Under the pieces are notes generated by a model. The model was not told the origin of the DNA. It saw only the letters and a list, made by a program, of their open reading frames with translations, and ran no database searches. A stretch of DNA of 62,550 nucleotides, filler included, from Kipferlia bialata (lineage: Eukaryota), in assembly GCA_003568945.1 (NCBI GenBank). It is 6 parts of 6 records of this genome, joined end to end, with 100 filler letters (N's around TTAATTAATTAA, not from the genome) between each part and the next. Parts side by side here need not be neighbours in the genome. Positions count along the whole stretch, not along the records: positions 20,900 to 31,247 come from BDIP01001450.1; positions 31,348 to 41,688 come from BDIP01001452.1; 4 more parts are not named here. One strand, given 5' to 3'. Each line of letters begins with the position of its first letter. Within the stretch, counting starts at the first letter, position 1. The position numbers and the translations under genes are program-made. Below are positions 25,096 through 37,563 of the stretch, piece by piece.

Positions 25096-28000
25096 CTATG
25101 GCTCGTGTGGCATACCCAGCAGGTCATGCACGATGTATCCATCGACGCCTGGTGTTAGACACACACATATATATTCATATACACATATACACTACATGAA
25201 ATTTGATTTAGTTACTTGTGTATCTAACAACACCTAAGGAAACATCATAACCTCTAAGACACAGTCTGTACACCCTCACATGTATACTGCTAGCTATCAT
25301 TCCATACCAAGGGGCACACCATAGGGGCAGTTCTCACCGTGCTCGCCTGAGCATGAGTATCATATATAGAGACGGTAATAATATAAAAATGTATAAATAT
25401 CGTTATTCATATTGTATATAGAGTACGTAATAATATAGAGGACGAAGAGGCATATCTCTCAACAGTCAATACATAGGAGCTCTCCCCATGTATATATTAC
25501 TAACACATACCTGTGAGTAGCTCTATGGCCTCGTACATGATCTCTGCATAGACTAGCATGTGCAGGGTGTCCTGGTATAAGTGATATACTAATATACATT
25601 AATGGTAATCATATATATCGTGTTCATATATATAGTATAGAGGCTGGTATGCCCTATATGATGGTATATCTGCATAAACCAGCACGTGCAGGGTGTCCTG
25701 GGTATGATGCATTATACCGTCTTGGCTATATATATAGCTCGATATTGAACTATATCACTTACATATTTAGTTAGTATGGATAGACTAGCATGTCCTGGAC
25801 ATGAGAAAACTAGGGCCTTGCCCCATATTTGTTATACCACAAAATGAAAAGAGACACTTTGTAACTTCGCACGATGTCTCTTGAGTCCCTTAATATCGTC
25901 TCCCGACATGGGGATTCATAATTATATGTATATTACAAACTAAAATATAGCTTTACATGCAAATATCAGGTAGAGAGTGATATACATAGATGAATAGCAT
26001 ATTCTACCTGACTAAGGTGCTTCTTGAGTGCCTCATCGTCATGCCACCAGGACTCTGGCACACAGGTGGTCAGGGGGAGACCAGCACTGGAAGTGAGTGT
26101 AAGGTATGTATATTAATGTATTAATGTCGACTCTGGCACACAGGTAGTGAGGGGGAGACCAGCGCTGAGTGTGAGGGTTACAGATATATTAATATATACA
26201 CTCTATCCACATGAGCATATATATATGGTATCATCATTAATATGGACTCTGGGACACAAGTAGTGAGGGCGGGACCCGCGCTGGGGAGCAAAGAGAGAGA
26301 CTACTCCATGACAGTAACATATGAGTTGAATTCACGCATGCTAAGGATTTACCCATCTCTCCATAAATGCCCTCACATCCTTGTCTTGTGATACTGGTCT
26401 ACATATATATATATACATACACATAAATACACTAATATTGTTATATATACTACACTTTACCTCTCCATGAATGCCCTCACATCCTTGTCTTGTGATACTG
26501 GTCTACATATATAAATATATATAAATATATATATATATATATACTTTACCTCTTCATGAATGCCCTCACATCCTTTTCTTGTCATATATATATATGTACA
26601 TTGATATAAATGAACATATACAGGTGTAAGTGTGTGTGTGTGTGTATATGTTTAGTACCTCTCCATGAATGCCCTCACATCCTTGTCCTGCGGTGGAGTC
26701 GGGCGCTTAGTCCTCCGGTATGTGTTCTGGGATATAAGTGGAAACATGGGTACATCTATTAGATATATACTGATTCTTACCTCTCGGTACGCACATATGT
26801 CTGTCTTGAAGGCAATGTCCTGGTCACCCTCTAGGGGTGAGAGAGTATATATATATATATATATGTAAGCACATACAAAGAGAAGGGGGGGGGGAAATCA
26901 TGGTCACCATCAAGAGATAGAATCTGACCAATCTTACTGGGCGAGGAGATAGACTCTCTCAATGATAGAGAACAGCCGATGGAGAGGAAGTGTGGATTAG
27001 TGTATCATTTACATGATGATGCATACCATATCTGTGTCATCACATGAAACATTGGTAATACTTACGCGGTACTAGGATCTATATATATAACGCGATGATA
27101 TATCCCTCACCTGTGTCATCACACGACACAAAGACAGAGAAGGGGTGCTTGTCGGGACCTGGCGTCAGGTGGGACTTGTGACAAAGAATCTAGAGAGTCA
27201 CTCTATACGTGACAAGGAGGCACAATTGGGACAATTCACAACTCACCCACAGTGAACTGTGCCGTTATGGACCTGCCGTACCTGTTGGCATTGACATTGT
27301 TCCTGAGCTTCTGCCTACTCATCAGTACTTAATGTATATATATATACAAAACAGGGATGTCACCAACTCCACATGGAACTCCTGCGCCATCTTGTACATA
27401 TTAATATATATATGTAGACATATATATATATATATATGCATATTATTAGGGGGGGAGAGAGAGAAAGAGGGGGAACAATTACCTAGACGTAACCAACTCC
27501 ACCTGGAATATCTCTCCTTCCCTCTCTCACTCAATATATGTACCTACATATATATATGTGTGTAGTATATGTATATATATACCTTGATGTAACCAACTCC
27601 ACCTGGAACTCCTGGGTCTCTCTCCTTCCCTCTCTCTATCAGTGTATACATACATATATTATTGTGTGTGTGTATATACTATGTATATTTATACCTTGAT
27701 GTGACAAGATCCACGTGGAACTCCTGGGTCATCTTGCACATATGTATATTATTACTATTCATATACAAATACAAATACATAGAGAGAAAGAGAAAGACAA
27801 GAAAGAGAGAGACAATTAATACCTTGATGTCACCAACTCCACCTGGAACTCCTGGGTCATCTCCATCTTCTCCCACCTGGCACAGACGGCCTTATCCTTC
27901 TGGGGTATGAGTAACACATGAACATTACTATATATATATATAGTGCTAGAATATACAATTCATATCATTCAAATCAGTCTTATCCTTCTGGGGCATGAGT

Positions 28001-28328
28001 AACACACTCATTATACATCAAATTCAATCATCAACACAATACATGTATATACTGAATTATCCAAGGATACACTACTACACACAACCAGAGTCAATATATG
28101 GTCATAAGCGTTCCTCCTTCTCTCTCATACTCTTGACAAAGGGCAGGTACAGCATACTACCATATTACATACAATATCTATGAATATATAAGTCTATATC
28201 CGAATATGAAAGATTACCTCTTCCTCAGTCATCCCCTCCTCTTCCTTCAGACTCCTGACAAGGGCAGCCAGGGCCGGACAAGCCTCCTCTCTCTCCCTCT
28301 GCTTGGCGGCTACTAGACACACTCTAAC
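25096..28328 (-). CDS. Hypothetical protein, 5' end unresolved
   Basis: Phase-compatible exons VRVCLVAAKQREREEACPAL / KDKAVCARWEKMEMTQEFQVELVTSR / SSGTMSMPTG / PDKHPFSVFVSCDDT / EGDQDIAFKTDICAYRE / NTYRRTKRP / AGLPLTTCVPESWWHDDE / DTLHMLVYAEIMYEAIELLTG / VDGYIVHDLLGMPHEP*. Confidence 0.6.
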
Positions 28329-29074
28329 CTAATATGAATTCGTTATTAATACTACTATTATTATTATTATTATTATTATCATTATTTTTATTATTTCTAT
28401 TACAATTATCATGTTAAGATATATATATATTTGTAGAACGAAATCTCCCTATGCTTGGCAGCTACTAGACACACTCTAACCTTGTATAAGGCTATGCAAA
28501 GAGTAATAGAAGACACTTCTTGACCTAAAGTAAGACAAATGGAAGAGGAGTAGATCTAGACACACTTTAACCTAATATGAATTCGTTCACACATTAGAGA
28601 AGTAAATGTATATATATTTGTAGAACGAAATCTCCCTCTGCTGGGCAGCTTCAAGAAAAATAGAGAAAAATAATGAAAAATAAAGGAAAATAGAAAGAAA
28701 CACGGCACACTCTAACCTAGTATAAGAACACACATATATGGTATGTAGAGACATATATGCAAATGTATATATATATATGTGGAACAATGTAACAGAATAC
28801 TTACACATATACACACAAATGTCTCTCTGTTTGGCAGCGTCAAGACACACCTTGACCATATATGATGAGATTATGAAAGAGAAGAGAGATAGAAATAGGG
28901 GGGGGAGAGAGACGGAGACGGAGAGATTGGTAGTAGTAGTTGCATAATATTGCACTGCATACTCACTGAGAATCTGGGCTATATGAGTGTGATACTATAG
29001 CGCACAGGTCTCACTCTCAGTAGGTGAGAGTAACACAAAGGGGGGGGGGGGGGAAAGACAAAAGGAGAGGGGGG

Positions 29075-29111
<37 letters not shown>

Positions 29112-29129
29112 GTATGGATATGTATGTAC

Positions 29130-30172
29130 CTGAGCCTGGGTCCGATCTGGACCTGGGCACCTTGCTCCTGGCCAGGACCTTGCCCTGGGGGATACCGCTG
29201 TTGGGGACAGCAGGCTCCTGGGATAAGACTCAGTTATATGTATTACATCTTAAGTATGCTATATTTATGCTATATATACTGTATATGCACTACTGACACC
29301 CCTGGCTCCTGGGGTGAGGCAGAACAGGAACATACTAAACACAAGGGGAATATAACCAACACCTATGGAATGAAACTAATTGTGTATGGATTAGACTGAG
29401 TATATATATATACATATATATACTGATACCCACCTGGATGGCAATGGTGCCGTCCACAAGGAACACGTAGATGTTCACGTATCTGACCCTCTTGGTCTCA
29501 GTCTGGGACTCAAGCACAGTCTCCTGGAAGGAGGCGAAGAAGCGCAGGACCTGAGGGTGAGTACTTATAGAATACAGCATCACATACATGGAGAAAGCCA
29601 AAAGCAGGTACGCACAAATGATTGCAACTGACAACTCCTAGTCTCCCCTCCAGGGAAAAGAGAGAAACCCATAGCATGAAGATAGAGATACAGCGCATGG
29701 TGTTGCCAGTACACCTATAGCCATACCTTTCTGTCGAGGGCAACGTAGTCTGGGACGTATGTGCCGGCAGGCTTGGGGGCCACGGGGCGCTCTGGCTCGG
29801 GGGCAACCATCACTGGCACCACGTTCTCAGAGGTGGCGTCACGCACCACGGGGACTCCATCAACCACATCGAACACGTGGCCAACATTGTGTCTGCTGCG
29901 CTACAGGTTAGATGTCGGGAAAGGGAGCAATATGGGACGTACCACACATAATGAGTGGAGAATATCAAGTAAAGACGCCTATACAGCCGATGGGTCACCT
30001 CCAAGAGAGTCTAGAGGAGCGCAAGAGTCATAATGAGACAGAAAACTATAGCATCATCATATACAGTCAAGGGGGAAGCCTCACAGGCCAAATTCACAGT
30101 AAAATCAGGAAATCTACCAACCTGGTTGTCAAACCTGGTCCCAGGCATGAAGGGAATACGAGGCTCACTCAT
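29130..30172 (-). CDS. EFHC1: EFHC1/EFHC2/Rib72-family axonemal protein, N-terminus and part of the first DM10 domain only
   Basis: Exons 30122-30172 (MSEPRIPFMPGTRF), 29727-29900 (YVALDRK), 29434-29550 (VLRFFASFQETVLESQTETKRVRYVNIYVFLVDGTIAIQ) and 29130-29217 (EPAVPNSGIPQGK) match the DM10 pattern. EFHC1 vs EFHC2 cannot be resolved. Confidence 0.85.
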
Positions 30173-30360
30173 TTTCACCGTCGTTGTTGGAAGGAGCCAG
30201 AATTCTGCCCCTCGGGATTTCCTCCGATTCTCCGAAAGCTTGAGTCGGATTTTTGGGTTGAGGCTGAGAGGGTTTATCTTCTCGTTGTGACTACCTACTG
30301 TGAGGCTCTATAATAAGAGGCTATTCAGAAGTGTTGTCCCTCTATTCTCCCTTCTCCGTG
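30173..30360. promoter_or_regulatory. Probable compact bidirectional promoter
   Basis: 188 bp between divergent ATGs, free of microsatellites, with an AT-rich ctataataa element near 30308. Confidence 0.45.
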
Positions 30361-30998
30361 ATGCAGGCGGCAGCATTTAGAGTCACAGGCCGTGTCCAAG
30401 GGGTTTGGATGCGGAAATACACTAGGGAGGCAGCCCTGAAGAATGGAGCAAAGGTTAGTAGAGGAGACCGATTCTTCTGAGTATGTACATGTTGTCCAAT
30501 ATCCAGTTAATATGGTATTTGAGCACAGTCTGTGCTGTGATTCTGGGTCTCCAAAGACCTGGAGCTTATTAGTCACACCTCTATTCTACTCGTTTCCCCA
30601 CCCCTTCTCCCCTGTGATCATCCCCTCCTTTGTCACTTACTAACCCATAGAACTATGTTGAGAATATGCCTGATGGGTCTGTGACCGTGCTCTCCTTTCT
30701 GATATTCCCCTCTGTGTGACTTACTAACCCATAGGGCTATGTTGAGAACATGCCTGACGGGTCTGTGGCAGGGTGGGCCATGTGTGATGCAGAGGGGCTC
30801 AGTCACTTTGAGGCATTCCTTCACGAAGGTGAGATTTTATACATATACATATATATACGCATACACCTCCATAAAGGTGATATCAGTGTAATACTGCCAA
30901 TGAATCAAGACCTCATGTGTCACTTCACCCTTGCCTCACACTAGGTTCCCCAGGTGCCCGTGTGGAGACTGTTGAGATGGAGCCAATGACAGACACAG
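30361..30998 (+). CDS. Acylphosphatase, 3' partial
   Basis: Exons 30361-30453, 30735-30828 and 30945-30998 give MQAAAFRVTGRVQGVWMRKYTREAALKNGAKGYVENMPDGSV...LHEGSPGARVETV. The GRVQGV..R loop and catalytic Asn are present. Only the middle exon appears in the ORF track (30750..30944). Confidence 0.9.
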
Positions 30999-31191
30999 GT
31001 ATACTATATATACTGTGTTAGTTCTCTAAATGGTCATTATTATACATGTGTTTGTATATATGTACCTAATGAGATGGAGCCAATGACAGACACAGGTGCC
31101 ATATTATGTGTTTACACTCTATGTGTGTTCATTTACAGTATAGAAATTATAGATGGCCAGTGATATCTCCTTTGACATTGCCGCTGTATAT

Positions 31192-31224
<33 letters not shown>

Positions 31225-31247
31225 TCCCCCCCCCCCCCCCCCCCCCC

Positions 31248-31347
31248 NNNNNNNNNNNNNNNNNNNNNNNNNNNNNNNNNNNNNNNNNNNNTTAATTAAT
31301 TAANNNNNNNNNNNNNNNNNNNNNNNNNNNNNNNNNNNNNNNNNNNN
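31248..31347. other. Artificial scaffold spacer
   Basis: N44-TTAATTAATTAA-N44. Confidence 0.98.
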
Positions 31348-31395
<48 letters not shown>

Positions 31396-31804
31396 CTCAG
31401 AGAGGGGAGGATCCTTCACAATGGAACGAAATGCAGTTATTCTCAGTGTCAGGGGGGACTCATACAAAGACAGAGACGCAATGCATAAGTGGGGGTCGCC
31501 TTTGGCACTCGACCCTATTCAAGTGACTTCTATCCCTCCCTGCAATGATCTACTTCCATATGGCATCCCATCATACCTCAAACGCAGTCTTATTGGACAG
31601 GTCTATTGTGGTGATATCAGCCATCTGGTGGGATATCTGATGAAGAGGCACCATTACCCATATCGCAACAGTGTAAAACCGAAATTGATCGAATTCAAAG
31701 AATCAATTTGATGGTCTCTTGCAACGGGATTGACGCGATTGGAAGCAATGGAAGTGATTCTCAATTCCGAATCTCAAGTGCATCTCTAATCTTCTCCAAG
31801 ACAG

Positions 31805-32135
31805 GTGTGGGAGGTCCTGTGTCACCAGGAGTCTGTGTGTCATTGGAAGCCTGGCCATGCACCTCAAGTGCCATATATGTGGGGAAGGTGTGAAGGCATA
31901 CTCATAGTCTCCCTCGCCTTCCGACATCATTATCCCCCTCTCCTTCCCTTCACAACTTTCACCCCCAGATGAGCCTCTCCCCTTTGTGTTCACCCCCTGT
32001 CAGCATGTGTTCCACAAGGAGTGTCTCTCCCAGTGGCTGAGCAGACCCATGCAGAACTACAACAAGAACAACTCAGTCTGTCCTGAGTGCAGGGCAGAGT
32101 GCACGATGGACAAGTGTCTAGAGATACTGGGGCAG
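31805..32135 (+). CDS. RING-H2 zinc-finger exons (putative E3 ligase), 5' end unresolved
   Basis: 31805-31887 + 31969-32135: CHICGED...PCQHVFHKECLSQWL...CPECR (C3H2C3 spacing). Confidence 0.8.
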
Positions 32136-32266
32136 GTAGGGGTACAGTGGCGTGCAGTGATTGTGACGCAACCCCCCCTCCCCCCTCCCCTGCTCTCTTG
32201 CTGTGTTACTGTTGCCATATATTGACAGAGTTCCCTCACCTCTCTATCCCTCTCTTCTCTCACTAG

Positions 32267-35200
32267 GATGATCAGCTCATTAGGAGCTTGGGAATCTCGT
32301 TCGTCAATCCATACAACCCCCCCAAACCCCCCCCCCCCCCCCCCCCCCCCTCACCGACAGAGAACGACCATCCAGTAACTGAGAGGGCCAACCTTGAGTT
32401 GACCATACTCCGGAGGATCCTGCCTGCCCCACCTGCCTTCTTCCAGGTCTCTCTCTCTCTCTCCCTCCCCCTGTTTTCTGCCGGGTACCTCAGTGACAGT
32501 GATACTATGGCTGCTACTGATATGATATATATATATAATCTATTCTTTATATGCATACGTACTTTCACTGTTGTCCACTTAGCAATATGCGCTCCCAGTA
32601 TGTTTCCATGCTAATACGTCCATTATACTCTCTCCCTTGCCCCCCCCCCCTTTACCTAATTCCCAGACGCTCAAAACGATGCTAGCCGAGGGTAAGTTGC
32701 TATTGGGTCCTGTCGGGTACTTCTGTGCCCTCTTCTACTTCAACGCTGGACCCTTTCTGGTGCTGCTGCTGGTTTTGAATGTAGTCTCTGTGGTGAGAGA
32801 CCCTGACGGGAGCCGCACTGTCCAGAAGAGGCAGAGAGAGAGGGCCAAGTACCGAGCCAAGCACACACCCTCTGCGCGCAGGCTGAGGAAGTGGGCCGAG
32901 GAGGACAAGAAGCTGGAGAGGCGCATAGAGAAGATGCGGAAGAAAGACAAGAGCAAGAAGCGCTTCATCAGCGTAGCCAAGCTCAGACTGAGGCTGAACT
33001 TGGAAGGCAGCGCCACTAGTGAGGGGAGTGGAGCTGTCATAGACCCATCCCTGGTGGCTGGTATTGACACCCCGCCTCTCTCTCCCTCTGGTGGGAAGGA
33101 TACTGCTAAGGAGGCCTGGCTGAAGAAGAACATTGTCGTGGAGGAGCAGGGAACCGTACAGGGAGGTGCGTTGTTCTGTCTACGCTGTGTGTATATCATA
33201 CAGTCAGGATCACAATGGAAACATCTTTCAATAGTGTCCATTCTCCTGATCCCCATCATCCTGTATATATATATTTGTATGTATTAATATATATATATAT
33301 ATATATCCCACCCCCAGGACAGGTCTCTGTGCTGTGTATGTCGGTGGCCATGTCCACTGTGGTACTCTTGCTCGTGATGGTGTTCTTCTCCCCGTGCCCA
33401 AAGATGCCTGGCTCCCTCTCTACCCCCATGCCGCTCTTCTATGTCAACCAACGCATCGTGGACACAGTACCCTTCTCAGGCCTACCCCGGGAGGCAGGTA
33501 CCGCCCTGGAGAAGTGGGCAGTCTCCTCCGACAATCTCTATGTAACTGAGGTCGTGGGAGGCAGCTGGGGGACAGAGTGTGTGGACTACAGTCTTCTCAG
33601 AGACCTGTCCTTGGCTGAGATTGTGGAGGTGAGTAGCTCATTTGTTATGTGTATGTGAGGGTTTCTCCTTTTGACCTTCAGGTCATGTACGTTGCATCAG
33701 CAGAGGCTCTCCCCCTGGGTCTCCAGCCTACGGTGCCCACCACGATGGCTGAACTCAGGGACTCGGGGTCATTTGACGTCACTACAGAGGGTATGTCTGT
33801 ATACTGTGCCTCTTGATCTATTCAGTCTCTTCTACTCTCACTTTCCACTAACTCCACTAACCCCATGCTGTCATAGGCTGGGCTCTCGCGAGTCCTGTGA
33901 TGCCGCCTTCCACGGCTCCTTCGACCCCTTGAACAGTCCTCTCGTTGCCTATGGATGCTACGTTGACGACGTTGGGGTGTATCACCATCTGAGTATGATA
34001 TCATCCTCTCTTCTCACTGGCTTTGCAGAGGGAAAGGACGTCTCCTACCACCTGTCGTGGACACCCAGTGCAGACTATCCTCTGATGGGCCTCCACACAC
34101 CAGCGGGTATGTATAGTTAGGGTTAGGGTTATGTGTATAATGTACCACCGCCACCGCCATTCTCCTCGACAACGACCAGGTGTTCTTCCCACTGTATCTT
34201 CTCTGTCCTTTGACCCAGGTACCAAGGTGCACGTGCTGCCCCCAAGCACCGAACTAGTGTACACCATCATGACACTAGGTACATCCGGCACATTCTATCC
34301 TATCATCTACTCTCCCAAGGACCACATCGATGAACGAAGATGATCATACCACTGACGCCAGGAAAGGACACAGTGGTGTTTCCAGGCAGCAGGAAGTCCC
34401 GGTACGAGCAGGCATTCATCTTGCAGTGCAGCGCCCTCGACACCCTGGAGCTAGATGCGGAGACTGGGTATGAGGAGTGCTTCGACGAGGACGGGAACCG
34501 TGCATACCCCTGGCTCCGCCTCTTTGGGGACTCTGTGGACGGGGACACCACCTGGGACCCCAGCAGGACAGTGTCTATGGTAAGTTACAAGTAGAATGTA
34601 TTATCGTCATACATATATATACATGTACGTGGCGTTGGTGTAGTGAGCATACATGCCGAATTCTAAGCCTCACTTCGACCCATTCTTACTACAGGCCATT
34701 GGACCGGTGCCGTAGTCTGCGACTTACGACTCCCTCCGATACTCGTGTACCCTCTCGTGCTCAGACACGGATAGCTGCCTCTATGTCGGCGAGTACTGTC
34801 AGGTACGTGTATATGATGTCATATCTCTTTGACGTCTCAAGGACGCCATAGTAGCTTACCGCGTAGGAGTTCCAGTCCGGTGTCGTCCTTAACCCCGCCT
34901 CTAGTGTCCACGATGACACGTATGTTGCTGCCTTTAACGATACTGAGTACTACGACTTCCGCCAGCCAGCTGCTGTCATGTGTCCCCATCAGGTCAGCAA
35001 ATGAGAGAGAGAGCGAGAGTATATATCAGCGTGGAGAGAGACTAATTCGTATGATTGTGTCCATATTGAAACATGCGTGAGTTACATGCTGCACATCTAT
35101 ATGGAATGCTTATGATGTGCAACCTCACTGGATTATATTATATTGGTCACCAATTCCCATTCTATAATACTTACATCTCTAATGGCAGGTGTTCTCAGTC

Positions 35201-36037
35201 ACTACCCAACGCAGCCTCGCCACTGCCTGTCTGGGAAGTATTGAGAGTGTGAATTGGTGTCCATTGGCCACTGGACACTTTGGCTCTGTTTACAACACCA
35301 TTGCGGCTCAACCAGCTGTGTGCAGAGGTACCAGGCTATATCGATAAGAACAAGGATACATGGTGTAAACCATAACCTAACATACGCATTGCCACTTATA
35401 TTCACAGATTATCAGTCATCATACGAAGCTCTCTCCCTTCATATCCATTCACCATGTCTTACCCAGGTGACTCTACTCCCAGCGCCACCAATCCCCTTTC
35501 TGTGACCATCACAAGAGGGATGACTGAGACTGTCACTAATGTTGCATTCACAATGCCATCTGTCGGCGCAGGTACACGTGCTCCTTTATCCCTTTTCTCA
35601 TATTGCCCGTTAGTAATAGTGTTGCTGCTCTCTTTACCGCCATAACCCAACCCTCAGTCGTGCATACCTTCGTTTTCCTGTGTATACAGCTGTTTGGCCT
35701 CCATGCTCTAGTACTTGGGGTAGTGGAGAGCCTAACCGCCAAGCTGGCAAGACGTAAGGCAGCAAAGGTATCTGCCTAACAGTAGTGATAGTGACACACC
35801 TAACAGTAGTGATAGTGACACTGATACTGGTACCTACTCGCTATTGTGATAATTCCTTGTATAAATGATACCTGTTGCATCGCTGTATAGTAAAGAGTGG
35901 TTACAACGTTCCCGGCACTTACTCCATAGGCTGTGAAGAATGCCCCTAGGGAGGAGAGAGAGTTAACCTCTGTAGTAGGGTCGAAGAAGACAAAGCAGAG
36001 TAGCAAGGGAGACAACCATCTCTATCAGGCGCTGTAG
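32267..36037 (+). CDS. Hypothetical multi-pass membrane protein with a large Cys-rich loop, possibly the same gene as the RING-H2 exons
   Basis: About 12 exons ending ...DNHLYQAL* at 36037. Hydrophobic segments YFCALFYFNAGPFLVLLLVLNVVSVV, VSVLCMSVAMSTVVLLLVMVFF and VVHTFVFLCIQLFGLHALVLGVV. Two junctions (~33790, ~34715) are uncertain. Confidence 0.65.
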
Positions 36038-37563
36038 AGACTATCTAACCTGACCATGTCTCATGGAGATGTAACTAAACCATTCGGCATTTATCACTGT
36101 TTACTTGTCTGGAAGAGACCACACAGTGTGTCAGGAAGGGAGTAGAGACTCTTTAGACAGCGAGAGACAGCTTCTCTTTCAACATTCAGTGTACTCCACT
36201 ATTCACTGATCCGCTTCGTATATGAGTCAAAGCAGTCTCAACTTGAGACTGTCACAACTGTAATATTGACGATCTAATTGGCTTTCCCAGACTGGGAAAC
36301 GCAGTAGGTTTCATTCCCTACTCCTACCATCGTTTCATTTCTTCTCTCCTATTTCCTCTCTTTTGGACTCTCTCCTCCCCCTGATAGGACTGATAGGGAT
36401 ATGTATAATAGATATGTATATATTATATGTATATTGCCAATATATATATGATAACAATGTTGATGACATTGTTTATAGTGCAAGAGAGGCTTGACATGCA
36501 CGGTTCCATACTCCCCCTCTCTCTCTTTATTATACCCCTCTTTCTGTCTGCCCGCCTGGTGGCTGTTCCATTGCTCTCTCACACACTATCTCTCTATTCC
36601 TCAAAGATCAAGTGTACCCGCTCCCCCACCCCCTCTGTCTGCAGTGCACGGCGTGGCCTTTTGACAGGTCCTCTCTCTCTCTTTCTCTCTCCCTCTGCTA
36701 CTGGGACTGTCTGTCCATATGCTGTGTATGCAGTGCATACCATGCACTTCTTGGTGATGCCTTCTACGAGGGACCAGCGTATGCAAAACATATGACATAT
36801 CAATATTTACTCACCATCTGTCTTCTCATCGCGTTCTCTGCCAGGTTACGTTCTCTTTCTGTCTCTCTCTCTCTCCCGGTCTCTCTCTTTTGTAGTCCAG
36901 CCTCCGGCCACCATTCTTCTCTCTACACTCATGATCACAGGCCCTACAGACTACCTAGCTTTCTGGGACTCTCTTTCTCTCTCTCTCTCTCTCTCCCTTC
37001 ACCATTCAGTACTGTTAGAACAGCATGTTGACTATTTTAGTTGGGTTCTTTTAGAGGTTAGGTTCTTAAGGACTGACCATCCAGTCTCTACATACTCAGG
37101 TCTCTATTCCTCATATTCTCTACCACTCCTTGTGACAATATACTCACTGTGTTAGGAGACCCCACAACAGCAATACCCTTGGGCAGAGACACCAGCTGGG
37201 GATCAGTCAGTCTCTTTGCCTCTCTCTCTCTCTCGCTCTCCCTGTCTCTCTCCAAATCTCTGCTGGTCAGGAGTCCTGACTCAGGACGACTATCTTATTT
37301 GACGCTCTGTCGGGGATTATAAGGTAATGGAGCTATTTAGCAAGTGTGACATGCACAAACGAGTGACAAGTGTGGCAATACTGCCCTGGGTGCAAGAATA
37401 GTGAACAAACGGTCACTATCCGATTCTCCGATTCCAGACGCCATCGTATCTTTCTCTATACCATAGATAAGAGACCCGTCCTCTTCACTATTTTCAGAAC
37501 TTGTCGAAGAGTACACCGCTCAGCCCTTCAAGAGCGTCGACCCAACAGTCTGTTGGTGTCGAA

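Noticed and set aside
10452..31247. Operon-like metabolic cluster (nitroreductase, DUF5765-like protein, acylphosphatase)
   Set aside because: The acylphosphatase is on a different scaffold, and the other two genes are convergent with no evidence of a functional link.
31421..31711. 96-aa ORF upstream of the RING exons
   Set aside because: May be an upstream exon, but I could not find a convincing phase-compatible junction or any motif.
34117..34131. Telomere-like (TTAGGG)2
   Set aside because: Only 2.5 units inside an intron; chance or slippage is sufficient.
34695..34715. In-frame TAG suggesting a hexamitid-type TAR=Gln code
   Set aside because: TAA and TAG end the nitroreductase, TSR1 and SPEF1 at expected positions, and this TAG works as a phase-0 acceptor.
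36040..37500. Possible gene or mobile element in the long intergenic stretch
   Set aside because: No consistent exon chain, terminal repeats or recognisable domain found.
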